Shown: positions 41,301 to 50,452, counted from the stretch's first letter. The stretch is DNA of 64,000 bases from a bacterium (GCA_016931965.1 JAFGDT010000079.1:16694-80693); one strand, 5' to 3'. Notes: generated by a model from the letters alone, not told the origin. A program made the numbers and translations.

Positions 41301-41879
41301 CTATTCAATACATTTTACAATCAATCCTCTTTCCCTATCCATGTTGGCGCAATGTTCACAATAATAGAACTGTCCGTATTCTATTTCGGAAGAAGGATCA
41401 GTCACCAAATATTTTTTTACAGGTCCTTTGTGTTGGGTTGTGTATGTGCTTTCACATTGATGTTCAATAAATTTGATCTGATCTCGAGCGGAAATAATTT
41501 TCTTAATTTGTTTCAACAAGACTTCTGGTTCTACAGGTTTCTCAAGATAATAGTCTGCAGGACATATTGGCGATCCCACCCTTTCTGTTAAATTGAAACC
41601 TGTCACTTTCTGAACGCTTGAGATGATGATAATCGGTATGGGATTTTTTTTCTCTTTATCTTTGCTTTGTCGACATTCTCTCACAAATCGGAAACCGGCA
41701 GAGATGTCTTCCATCATGATATCCAAAAGAATGAGATTCGGTTTTATTTGGGGTATCTGGTTGAGACCTTCCTTGGCTGAATAAGCTTTATGACAACTGT
41801 ATCCTGCATTTTCTAAAATGGTTTCTATTGCAGATACGAAATCTGGATCATCATCGACCAATAGGATTCGATTATTCAT
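41301..41879 (-). CDS. Response regulator receiver with short Cys/His-rich C-terminal domain
   Basis: LLVDDD, LLDIMME, IISS and LEKP; tail HQC...H...YYCEHC. Confidence 0.85.
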   Translation of the reverse strand: MNNRILLVDDDPDFVSAIETILENAGYSCHKAYSAKEGLNQIPQIKPNLILLDIMMEDISAGFRFVRECRQSKDKEKKNPIPIIIISSVQKVTGFNLTERVGSPICPADYYLEKPVEPEVLLKQIKKIISARDQIKFIEHQCESTYTTQHKGPVKKYLVTDPSSEIEYGQFYYCEHCANMDRERGLIVKCIE

Positions 41880-41896
41880 TGGATATGTTCTCCTGT

Positions 41897-43105
41897 TTAT
41901 GGGTTATTGGATTCATTGATAAGTACTTTCATTACTTCTCTGGCGATCGCTAATTCTTCATTCGTTGGGACAATGAGAACAAATGTCATTCCCTTGCTAA
42001 TGACGGTATTGTTTTTTTCGTTTTGTTTTTCGTCTATCTGAATCCCGAGAAAATCCAATTCTTCACAGATCTTCTCTCTGATAAAAGCGGATTTCTCACC
42101 GATTCCAGCGGTAAAAACAATAGCGTCTAATCCACCCATCACCGCCGCATACGCGCCAATATATTTTTTAACTTGTCTTGTAAATATGTTTAAGGCCAAT
42201 TTGTGCCGCTCACTCCCTGAGTGGGCTTTTTCTTCAATCGTGCGCATATCGCTGTCTCCGTCGGTCAGGCCAAAGAGTCCACTCTGATTATTGAGTAATA
42301 GATCCATTTGGTTGGGTGAAAGACCTTCGTCTGCCATGATTTGAAGTGGTATAGAGGGATCGATATTGCCGCATCGCGTTCCCATAACCAATCCCTCTAA
42401 TGGCGTAAATCCCATGGATGTATCCATTGAAATGCCTCTTTTGATTGCGGTCATACTTGCACCGTTACCAAGATGGCAGGTTACCATTTTAAGTTCTTCA
42501 ATGGGTTTTCCGATGATTTTTGCTGCTTCTTCTGCCACATACCGATGGGATGTTCCATGGAATCCATATCGACGTATTCTCTTCTCTTCATACCACTCGT
42601 AGGGTAGTGCATATGTGTATGCATCGGGTTCCATTGTTTGATGAAAGGCCGTGTCGAATACGGCAATCTGTCTGGCAAATGGTATGTAAAAGAGACTTGA
42701 TTCAATCCCTTTGATATTCGGCGGGTTGTGAAGCGGAGCCAGATGTGCGTTGTCCTTGATTTTCTGAAACACCTTTTCACTGATCAACATGGATTTTGTG
42801 AATTCTTCTCCTCCATGTACAACACGATGGCCGATCGAATCAATTTCGTGAATGTTTTTGATTATGCCGTATTTTGAACTACAGAGTGTTTTTAAAGCAA
42901 TTTTAATCGCTCCATCGTAGTCTTTGATCGGTTGCGCTTCATCAAGTTTCTTTTTATGGTTGATATAATAGGTGATACTTGAGTCTTGATTACCACCAAT
43001 CCGATCGATAAATCCCCCAGCCAACATTTTTTCTCTTTTTTTATTCATCGAGAAAAGTTGAAATTTTAACGATGAACTACCACAATTAAGTACCAGTATC
43101 TTCAT
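41897..43105 (-). CDS. ackA: Acetate kinase
   Basis: VLNCGSSSLK, GHRVVHGG, APLHNP, FHGTSH, HLGNGAS and TNEE. Confidence 0.97.
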   Translation of the reverse strand: MKILVLNCGSSSLKFQLFSMNKKREKMLAGGFIDRIGGNQDSSITYYINHKKKLDEAQPIKDYDGAIKIALKTLCSSKYGIIKNIHEIDSIGHRVVHGGEEFTKSMLISEKVFQKIKDNAHLAPLHNPPNIKGIESSLFYIPFARQIAVFDTAFHQTMEPDAYTYALPYEWYEEKRIRRYGFHGTSHRYVAEEAAKIIGKPIEELKMVTCHLGNGASMTAIKRGISMDTSMGFTPLEGLVMGTRCGNIDPSIPLQIMADEGLSPNQMDLLLNNQSGLFGLTDGDSDMRTIEEKAHSGSERHKLALNIFTRQVKKYIGAYAAVMGGLDAIVFTAGIGEKSAFIREKICEELDFLGIQIDEKQNEKNNTVISKGMTFVLIVPTNEELAIAREVMKVLINESNNP

Positions 43106-43117
43106 TATGCTATTCTC

Positions 43118-44203
43118 TCACGGTAAAAGGACTGTAAAAGTTGTTCCTACATTGATTTCTGATTGTACTTCTATCGACCCATAGTGGGCCTCAGCGATTT
43201 GTTTGGCGATAGAAAGACCGAGACCGCTTCCTTGAATAGATACGTCCTGTTTCACACGATAGAATTGTTCGAATATGAGTGGGAGTTTTTCTTTTGGAAT
43301 TCCGATTCCATTATCTCGAATCGCCACTTTTGTATAATCGCCTATTCCTTCCAGCGTAATATCGACCATACCATTATTTTTGTTATATTTGATTCCATTA
43401 TCAATGAGGTTGGTAAAGAGCATTTGCAAAGTCTCCCGATTACCCATGATCTCAGGGTATTTTTCCGGAATATGCAGTTGGAGTGTCACCTGTTTTTCTT
43501 TAGCAAGAGGTTTTAATTGATCAATCACATCACTGAGAATCACCTTTAGATCTACCGGCTCCATCTCCCTGATGAGTTCACCTGTTTCAATCCTGGACAT
43601 ATTGAGCCAGTCATTAATGAGGGCAATCAAGTAATTGATTCTCGTACTCATTTTCAGTAGGATGTTTTTTATTTTTTCCGGGATCATTCCTGCCATTCCC
43701 TTTGTAATGGCCATTAAATTTTGTTGAACAGCCGCTAATGGGGATCGCAATTCATGACTGACCAAGGTGATAAAATTTTCCCTTAATTTTTCTTTTTCCT
43801 TTCGTAAGGTTTCGGTTTCAAGAATGAGCTTTCTTCTTTCTAAACCGCGTTTTGTGACGATACGCAATTCATTCGGAGTGAAGGGTTTGGGGAGAAAATC
43901 GTAAGCCCCCAACTTGATTGCTTCCACAGCCGACTCTATGGTCGCATAACCTGTTATCACAATCATGATGACATTGGAATCAAGTTGATGCACTGTATCA
44001 ATGAGGGTCATCCCATCCATTCCTGGCATTTTCAGATCTATCAATACAAGATCGGGTTTCATTTCATTGATTTTTTGTAAGCCAATATGACCATTGTTTG
44101 CCAATTCCACCTGATGATTCTGTTCCGATATAATTTGTTTGCACGAGTCTCTGATAACCTCATCATCATCAATAACCAGAATTTTTGCTTTATCAAACAT
44201 CAT
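43118..44203 (-). CDS. Cytoplasmic hybrid histidine kinase (REC-HisKA-HATPase)
   Basis: IDLKMPGMDG receiver; SHELRSPL H-box; NGIKYN, DNGIGI and GSGLGL. Confidence 0.93.
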   Translation of the reverse strand: MMFDKAKILVIDDDEVIRDSCKQIISEQNHQVELANNGHIGLQKINEMKPDLVLIDLKMPGMDGMTLIDTVHQLDSNVIMIVITGYATIESAVEAIKLGAYDFLPKPFTPNELRIVTKRGLERRKLILETETLRKEKEKLRENFITLVSHELRSPLAAVQQNLMAITKGMAGMIPEKIKNILLKMSTRINYLIALINDWLNMSRIETGELIREMEPVDLKVILSDVIDQLKPLAKEKQVTLQLHIPEKYPEIMGNRETLQMLFTNLIDNGIKYNKNNGMVDITLEGIGDYTKVAIRDNGIGIPKEKLPLIFEQFYRVKQDVSIQGSGLGLSIAKQIAEAHYGSIEVQSEINVGTTFTVLLP

Positions 44204-44215
44204 ATTTACTTTTGT

Positions 44216-45019
44216 TTATATGTGTTGGTGTTCAATATTAAGAAGTTTATTGATCCTGTGCAATAAATCCGCAGGATGAATCGGTTTTTCAACATAATCA
44301 TCCGCTTCAAAATATTCACTATTTGTTTCAGGTGAGAATTGTAATCCTGTTTTTTCGGTAATTGCAGAGATGGCAAGTATAGGAATATGTTTTAGAGTTG
44401 GGTTATGTTTCAGTTCGTAACATATCGTAAATCCATCATTTAATCTTTCCATCATAATATCCAGTAGAATTAAGTCGGGTTTTGTCTTATTGATTTTTTC
44501 AAGAGCTGTATCCTTATTGTCGGCGATATCTACTTTATATCCTTTTTGGGACAGGATTGTTTTGATTGCGGATGTATAATCCGGGTCATCATCTACAATC
44601 AAGATTTTGTAAATATTGTCTATTTTTTGTTTTTTTCTATCTTTTCCGAGTTTTTTAAATACATTCTCAACCGCCAACTTCAGTTCTTCTCTTTTAAATG
44701 TTTTGATGTAATAATAAAAAATATTCTCTTTTCGTATTTTAGCTTCTAACTCTAAACTGTTCTGAGCAGCAGTTATGATTACTTCAACTTTTGGATCGAT
44801 GGTTTTCAAAATGGGTACAGCTTTGTAACCTTCCAAATCGGGTAATTCAACATCCATAATAATGCAGTCAAACCGAATATTTTGAATTTTTTCTATTGCT
44901 TTGGTGATTCCAGAGCACACATCGATTTCACAGTCATCGGCCGAAAAAAGGGAAAGATACTCATTTCTCATCTGGGTATCTGGATCAATGATCAGAATGT
45001 GTTTCTGTTTATCCTTCAT
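44216..45019 (-). CDS. Tandem (dual) receiver-domain protein
   Basis: REC1 IIDPD..IMDVELP (partly atypical); REC2 IVDDD..LLDIMME..VEKP; no output domain. ATG at 45019 follows GGAGGA. Confidence 0.88.
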   Translation of the reverse strand: MKDKQKHILIIDPDTQMRNEYLSLFSADDCEIDVCSGITKAIEKIQNIRFDCIIMDVELPDLEGYKAVPILKTIDPKVEVIITAAQNSLELEAKIRKENIFYYYIKTFKREELKLAVENVFKKLGKDRKKQKIDNIYKILIVDDDPDYTSAIKTILSQKGYKVDIADNKDTALEKINKTKPDLILLDIMMERLNDGFTICYELKHNPTLKHIPILAISAITEKTGLQFSPETNSEYFEADDYVEKPIHPADLLHRINKLLNIEHQHI

Positions 45020-45041
45020 GAATCCTCCGACCATTCGAATT

Positions 45042-45057
45042 TACAAAGAACGTACCA
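45042..45057 (-). promoter_or_regulatory. Putative sigma54 (-24/-12) promoter
   Basis: Minus strand TGGTACG-TTCT-TTGTA versus consensus TGGCACG-N4-TTGCW; predicted +1 near 45031, just before the RBS. Confidence 0.65.
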
Positions 45058-45097
45058 ACATCATTTTTCAATAAAAAAACCGCTCAGGAATTTGTCC

Positions 45098-45110
45098 CAA
45101 GTGGTTTATA
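45098..45110. promoter_or_regulatory. IHF-like site
   Basis: CAAGTGGTTTATA versus YAANNNNTTGATW (one mismatch), lying between the promoter and the upstream repeats. Confidence 0.4.
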
Positions 45111-45163
45111 AGTAATGAATTATATTTGAAATTAATGAGAATAGATATACAGTGAATGGCTTT

Positions 45164-46912
45164 TCATGCTGGGGTATTTTCCCCCACTCTGGGGTTTAAT
45201 TCCCCGTTCATTGTGTGGTTTTGAAGCCTTTTCAGAAATTGAAAATTGCAAATTCTTAATTCCGGCATACCGTGCTCATTTTTAATGAGGTTGCCTTTGT
45301 TATCGATTGAGATCAGAAAATGACTTCCCGTAAGATTTAGATCTTCTATACCGATACGGAATAATTTTTCTTTGATCATTTGTAGAAAATAGAGATACTT
45401 TTTTTCCGTGATAATTCCGTTTTGATAAGCAAATAATGCATTGATGCCTTGGTAATAATCTCCATCTTTGGCTGCAAGTTTTTCATCGGGGCCATTCCAA
45501 AAACCCCATATGATAATGTAATCACGATCCTTTTTGAGAATGGGATTTCTGTCTGGAGTCAATATCTTTTTATGAGATTCATATCTTGAATTGTCTAAAA
45601 AACTTTTTGAAATAAATGTTTTAGATCCTGTCATATAAATGGCTCTCGGGTAAATAGTTGGAATACCTTTACTATTTAATTCCATGGCTATTGAAAATTC
45701 TTCAAATGGACTGTTGTAACCATGTTCTATGATCTTTTTTTCTTCGGTTTTAAATGGATCCATTCTGGGTTGGATACCAACTTTGGAAACTTTCCAGACA
45801 AGATTGATATCGTCTTTTGTTACGGTATGATAAACCTGACTCATTCTGGACAATTTGGTTTTTGGTGTTTTTTCCCAACGTTCTGGAAGGAAATAATCGA
45901 ATAAAAAGGGATCATCGCCCACTACCCATAGTGCACCTTTTGTACTTTCAACATGGCCATATATATAATCAATATTAAAAATATTCACTTTTTTTAAATG
46001 TGGGTGAAATTTGTTTTCGACCTGTTTGGTAAAACGATCTCTCTGTCTTATCAGATAATCGTGTCTTCTTGTCTGTTTCAGTTGTTTTTCTCTCTCCGGT
46101 GTTCTTTGGAGCAATTCGAAATCAATCAAACCATAAAGTGTTGCACCTGTTCTGTCTTTTTTCAAGTGTTTGTTATTTTCGGGTCTTACGATAATATGAT
46201 CCGGTTTCCTGTCTCTGACTGTAAATCCTCTCATACCGATCTTGGATTCGACTTGAAGGGTAAGAAATTCCATGTAATCTTTATCCAAAAATCCTTCCTG
46301 ACAAGCCTGAACAGCATCGATTCCTTTGATCCATTCATAGATAACAGCGTACAAACGGAACATATCCAATTCCACGTCTTTGTGACTCTTGATTTTCGAT
46401 TTGAGTTTATAAGCTTTTCTTCCGGTCCTCCACAAATCTACTTTTTTGTAAGGTGTGTAAATGGCAAGAGGTTTTTGCGGGTAAATTCTATCGGATTGAG
46501 ATGTATGACATGCCTTTCGGAGTTCCATAACCAGTGAAAATTCTTCAAAAGGGCTGTTAAATTCCGCATAGGCCAGTTCTTCACATTCAAGCTCACCAGG
46601 TATGTCCTGCCCCATTCGATTCCATTTGATGACAATATCCTTCTGTTTCCCGTTTACTTTTTTGGTTCGAATCTTATAGATACTGCTGGTTCCAGATAAT
46701 CTGACCGAATTTTGTTGAAACCAGTTTTCGTCTGTCCAATAATTATCGGGTTCTAAAATCTCAATAAAAGGTAATCCATATTGGGTAACGTAAAGGTCGT
46801 CCTTGTTTTCCAATTGAATATGAACATACTCCACATTAAAAATACTGATATTCTCATATTTCTTACCAGTTGTTCTATTCATTGGCTGTTGTTGAATGTG
46901 TATTTGTTCCAT
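45164..46912 (-). CDS. Uncharacterised protein with two tandem protein-kinase-like domains
   Basis: Internal duplication (NSPFEEFS twice). Domain 1: VIK, DRKPDH, IDFE. Domain 2: VWK, NLTGSH, CNFQ. Confidence 0.7.
   Translation of the reverse strand: MEQIHIQQQPMNRTTGKKYENISIFNVEYVHIQLENKDDLYVTQYGLPFIEILEPDNYWTDENWFQQNSVRLSGTSSIYKIRTKKVNGKQKDIVIKWNRMGQDIPGELECEELAYAEFNSPFEEFSLVMELRKACHTSQSDRIYPQKPLAIYTPYKKVDLWRTGRKAYKLKSKIKSHKDVELDMFRLYAVIYEWIKGIDAVQACQEGFLDKDYMEFLTLQVESKIGMRGFTVRDRKPDHIIVRPENNKHLKKDRTGATLYGLIDFELLQRTPEREKQLKQTRRHDYLIRQRDRFTKQVENKFHPHLKKVNIFNIDYIYGHVESTKGALWVVGDDPFLFDYFLPERWEKTPKTKLSRMSQVYHTVTKDDINLVWKVSKVGIQPRMDPFKTEEKKIIEHGYNSPFEEFSIAMELNSKGIPTIYPRAIYMTGSKTFISKSFLDNSRYESHKKILTPDRNPILKKDRDYIIIWGFWNGPDEKLAAKDGDYYQGINALFAYQNGIITEKKYLYFLQMIKEKLFRIGIEDLNLTGSHFLISIDNKGNLIKNEHGMPELRICNFQFLKRLQNHTMNGELNPRVGENTPA
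45170..45206. promoter_or_regulatory. Tandem inverted repeats, putative enhancer (UAS) for the sigma54 activator
   Basis: TGGGG-TATTTTC-CCCCA (45170-86) and TGGGG-TTTAATT-CCCCG (45190-206), centres 20 bp apart. Confidence 0.6.
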
Positions 46913-46961
46913 TATTTTCCCTTGTTCATCATATTAAAACCTACTGTTTTTATCATACAAT

Positions 46962-48305
46962 CTATGTCGTTATTTTGTATTTCTTCATCTTAAGCCGAAG
47001 GGTTTTTCGGTCTATGTCTAAAGCTTTGGCTGTTTTTGATTTGTGGCCGTTGTATACTTTTAGCGTTTTTTCGATGTGATCTTTTTCAACATTTGCGAGT
47101 GATTTTTCTTTTATACGATTTGAATCGATAGTCAGTCCATAATAGAAGAGATCAGAAGGTTCAATCCATTCATGATCGGTTAATACAATCGCTCTTTCAA
47201 TGGCGTTCTCCAGTTCTCGTACATTTCCCGGCCAATCATAATCCACGAGCGCTTCCATAGCTCTTTCTGATATTCCCTTGATTGTTTTCCTCCTTTTTTG
47301 GTTATATTTTTCAATGAAATAGTTGGCTAATAGGGGAATATCATTTTTTCTTCTACGCAATGCAGGACATTGAATCGGCACAACGCTTAATCTATAAAAA
47401 AGATCTTCTCTGAATGTTTTGTTTTCGACTTCTTTTTTAAGGTCCTTATTGGTTGCAGCGATAATTCGGATATCCATTTGAGTTATCTGTGTACTGCCGA
47501 CTTTGCAGATTTCACGCTCTTGAATAGCACGTAATAATTTTGCCTGAATATTGGTGCTGATATTGCTGATTTCATCAAAAAAGATTGTCCCCCCGTTTGC
47601 CACTTCCAAACGGCCGTGCTTTGTTGTGCTTGCCCCGGTAAAGGAACCTTTTACATGACCGAAAAGCTCGCTTTCAAAAAGATTTTCAACCAGTGTACTG
47701 CAGTCTACTGTTACAAAGGGTTGATTTTGACGTTTGCTGTGTTTATGGATGGATCTGGCCACCAATTCCTTTCCCGTACCACTCTCCCCAGTGATCAGCA
47801 CGGTACTATCGGTAGGTCCGACTTTCCGAATAAGGTTGTGTATTTTTTGCATTGCTTCACTTTGGCCTATAATGACATCTGGATCAATACTTAATTCAAG
47901 TTCATTCGCTAAGTATACATTTTCAATATGTAGTTTCCTCTTTTCGATTGCGCGATGGACAATGATACGCAGTTCATCTGGTGTGAATGGTTTGGGAAGA
48001 AAATCGTATGCTCCCATTTTCATGGCTTCAACAGCTGAATCGACTGTTGCGTATCCCGTTATCACAATCACAATCGATTCGGGATTTATATTTTTTATTT
48101 TTTTGAGAACTTCTATTCCATTTAAACCAGGCATTTTTAAATCAAGTATGACGATATCAAAAAACGTTTTTTTAATCAGATCAAGTCCCGAATGGCCATT
48201 CTCAGCCAGCTGTATATCATATTTGTTGCTTGAAAGTATCTGGTTGCATGAATCTCGCATTGCTTCATCATCATCGATAATGAGAATGTGGTTTTTCAAA
48301 ATCAT
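46962..48305 (-). CDS. NtrC-family sigma54-dependent response regulator
   Basis: REC; GESGTGKE, ESELFGH, GSFTGA, FREDLFYRL and WPGNVRELEN; Fis-type HTH. Confidence 0.96.
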   Translation of the reverse strand: MILKNHILIIDDDEAMRDSCNQILSSNKYDIQLAENGHSGLDLIKKTFFDIVILDLKMPGLNGIEVLKKIKNINPESIVIVITGYATVDSAVEAMKMGAYDFLPKPFTPDELRIIVHRAIEKRKLHIENVYLANELELSIDPDVIIGQSEAMQKIHNLIRKVGPTDSTVLITGESGTGKELVARSIHKHSKRQNQPFVTVDCSTLVENLFESELFGHVKGSFTGASTTKHGRLEVANGGTIFFDEISNISTNIQAKLLRAIQEREICKVGSTQITQMDIRIIAATNKDLKKEVENKTFREDLFYRLSVVPIQCPALRRRKNDIPLLANYFIEKYNQKRRKTIKGISERAMEALVDYDWPGNVRELENAIERAIVLTDHEWIEPSDLFYYGLTIDSNRIKEKSLANVEKDHIEKTLKVYNGHKSKTAKALDIDRKTLRLKMKKYKITT

Positions 48306-50227
48306 TTGTTTTTCTCCGCAGTTATCGGCATTTTGACGGTAAATGTTGTCCCCTTATCCGCTTGGCTTTTTACCTCGATTGTACCGTTGTGTTTTTGAAT
48401 GATACCATAACTGATAGCCAGTCCAAGACCAGTACCGCGACCCACCTCCTTTGTAGTAAAAAAAGGTTCAAAAAGTTTCTTTAAATAGGCTTCAGGGATT
48501 CCACACCCTGTATCCGTGAATTCAATTTCTATCAATTGACCATCTTTCGATACTTTTGTGGTAATGGTCAATTTCCCCTTTTCACCCATTGACTCTGCAG
48601 CGTTTAGAATAATATTAATAAAAACCTGCTGTATTTGGGCTTTGTCTAACATGGTTTTTGGAAGATTGGGATGGAATTTTTTTACGATGCGAATATTTTG
48701 AAAAAGAGATTGATTTTCGACCAATGACAGAGTGCTTTGTAAAAGTTCATTAACATTGGTTAAGTCCAATTTTGGTTCAGTTTGACGTGAAAAATCGAGC
48801 AATCCTTTTACAATATCTTTACAACGGGTTGCTTGTGTAACGATTTTTTCTAATTGTTCCTTTTTCGGATCATCGGATTCCATTTTTTCTAATAGTAGAT
48901 GACTGTAAACCAGAATGCCTCCCAGAGGATTGTTCAGTTCATGTGCTACACCTGCTGCCAGCTGTCCGATTGTGGCGAGACGTTCCGATTCCATAATTTT
49001 TTGTTGGGTATAGGTTTTCAGCTGTTCATCTCTGTTTTTAAGTGAATCAACCATGAAATTAAACGTCATGGCTAATTCTCCGATTTCATCCTGTGATTCA
49101 ATGGGTACCTTGTGGGTTAAATTTCCTTCTGCCAGTTGATGTGATGCAAAGACCAGGTGTTTAATGGGTTTGAGTATATGAACGGCGAGTAAAGTTGAAC
49201 CAATAAATGCAACAACAACACCGGCAAGTGTAATCCCAATAAACATCCACATCGTTTCTCTTCTCATGTCTACAAATTTTTCTTCTAAAATGCCAACATA
49301 AAGTATCCCAATGATTTCTCCCGATATGTTTCGTATGGGTTCATAAGCCGTTATATACCAATTGTTAACCACGAAAGCTCTTTCGATCCAGGGTAAACCT
49401 TTAACCAAAACTTGATCATACACTTCCTCTGATACCCGTGTGCCGATCGCTCTGTTCCCGTCTTCTCTCATGACATTGGTTGATATGCGAAGGTCTTGTT
49501 GAAATATCGTGGCTGTTCCCATGTCTTTCCCTTTGTAGGTTTGGCCCTGGTAAACCGTGTCTTTTATTTTGTCCACAATTGAATAATTTCGATTTAATAA
49601 TGTACCTCCATAAAGTATTCCGATGAGTCTGCCGGTATCATCCAATACAGGAGCTGCCGCTTTAATCATCATACCTGATGTTTCTTCATTTTCTTCTCTT
49701 GGTTTGGCTCTGGGGGTAGGAATAAACTCCATGCGGACCTGTTCTGCAAGAGATTCATCCTCTTTCATTAATTCGTTTCTTGGAACAATTTGGGTTGAGA
49801 GAACGACTTCTTTTGTTGATAATACTCTTTTTATAATTTCATCACCGGCTTGATTGTCTCCAAACCTGTCGGGATTGCGTGTACGATAAGAAACAAATCC
49901 ATTTTCATCTGTTAATGTTAATATATCGATGGATTCATTTTTTTTCACTTTGTCCAATTCTACTTTGATTTGTTCAAGGTTATTTCTTGAAAGACCTTCT
50001 TTGAGAAATACCCTTAAAGCAGTCAATCGAATAATGTCCTTGATTTTTTCAGAATTTTCTCTGTATATTTCTCTTGCTGAATTGAGGTCCATTCTCACTT
50101 TATCCTGAGCCTGATTGATAATGGATTTTCCAATTAGGTGCATGCCTGTCCAGGTTGCAAACAAACCTGTTATCACAACAATGAGGGAAAGACTAGCAAT
50201 GACTTTATTTCGTAATGAGATTTTCAT
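48302..50227 (-). CDS. Membrane sensor histidine kinase (Cache, HAMP, HisKA, HATPase)
   Basis: Two TM; ATIFQ..RISTNV..RAIGT..YITAYEPI Cache pattern; AHELNNPL; FEPFFTTK and GTGLGL. Confidence 0.95.
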   Translation of the reverse strand: MKISLRNKVIASLSLIVVITGLFATWTGMHLIGKSIINQAQDKVRMDLNSAREIYRENSEKIKDIIRLTALRVFLKEGLSRNNLEQIKVELDKVKKNESIDILTLTDENGFVSYRTRNPDRFGDNQAGDEIIKRVLSTKEVVLSTQIVPRNELMKEDESLAEQVRMEFIPTPRAKPREENEETSGMMIKAAAPVLDDTGRLIGILYGGTLLNRNYSIVDKIKDTVYQGQTYKGKDMGTATIFQQDLRISTNVMREDGNRAIGTRVSEEVYDQVLVKGLPWIERAFVVNNWYITAYEPIRNISGEIIGILYVGILEEKFVDMRRETMWMFIGITLAGVVVAFIGSTLLAVHILKPIKHLVFASHQLAEGNLTHKVPIESQDEIGELAMTFNFMVDSLKNRDEQLKTYTQQKIMESERLATIGQLAAGVAHELNNPLGGILVYSHLLLEKMESDDPKKEQLEKIVTQATRCKDIVKGLLDFSRQTEPKLDLTNVNELLQSTLSLVENQSLFQNIRIVKKFHPNLPKTMLDKAQIQQVFINIILNAAESMGEKGKLTITTKVSKDGQLIEIEFTDTGCGIPEAYLKKLFEPFFTTKEVGRGTGLGLAISYGIIQKHNGTIEVKSQADKGTTFTVKMPITAEKNK

Positions 50228-50356
50228 GGTCAGGTCGATCCAATAATTTTGTACAAAATCAATAATATGTCTTTTATGTTACATAACTTTGATGAAGAAA
50301 TCAAGGAATTTCTGAGTATTAACATTGTTATATTCATTTAAATGATAAATCATAAT

Positions 50357-50374
50357 TAGTGAAAAATATCACAA
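50357..50374. promoter_or_regulatory. Rex operator 1
   Basis: TAGTGAA-AAAT-ATCACAA versus TTGTGAA-N4-TTCACAA (12/14). Confidence 0.7.
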
Positions 50375-50380
50375 TAATGT

Positions 50381-50409
50381 TTGACTTTTCTATTTACAAT
50401 AATTATATT
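50381..50409 (+). promoter_or_regulatory. sigma70-type promoter of the rex-hydrogenase operon
   Basis: TTGACT, 17 bp, TATATT, flanked by two Rex boxes. Confidence 0.6.
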
Positions 50410-50420
50410 ATGGTTGTTTA

Positions 50421-50438
50421 TTGTGAATATATAGACAA
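50421..50438. promoter_or_regulatory. Rex operator 2
   Basis: TTGTGAA-TATA-TAGACAA (12/14 to consensus). Confidence 0.7.
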
Positions 50439-50452
50439 ATATTGATGAGAAA

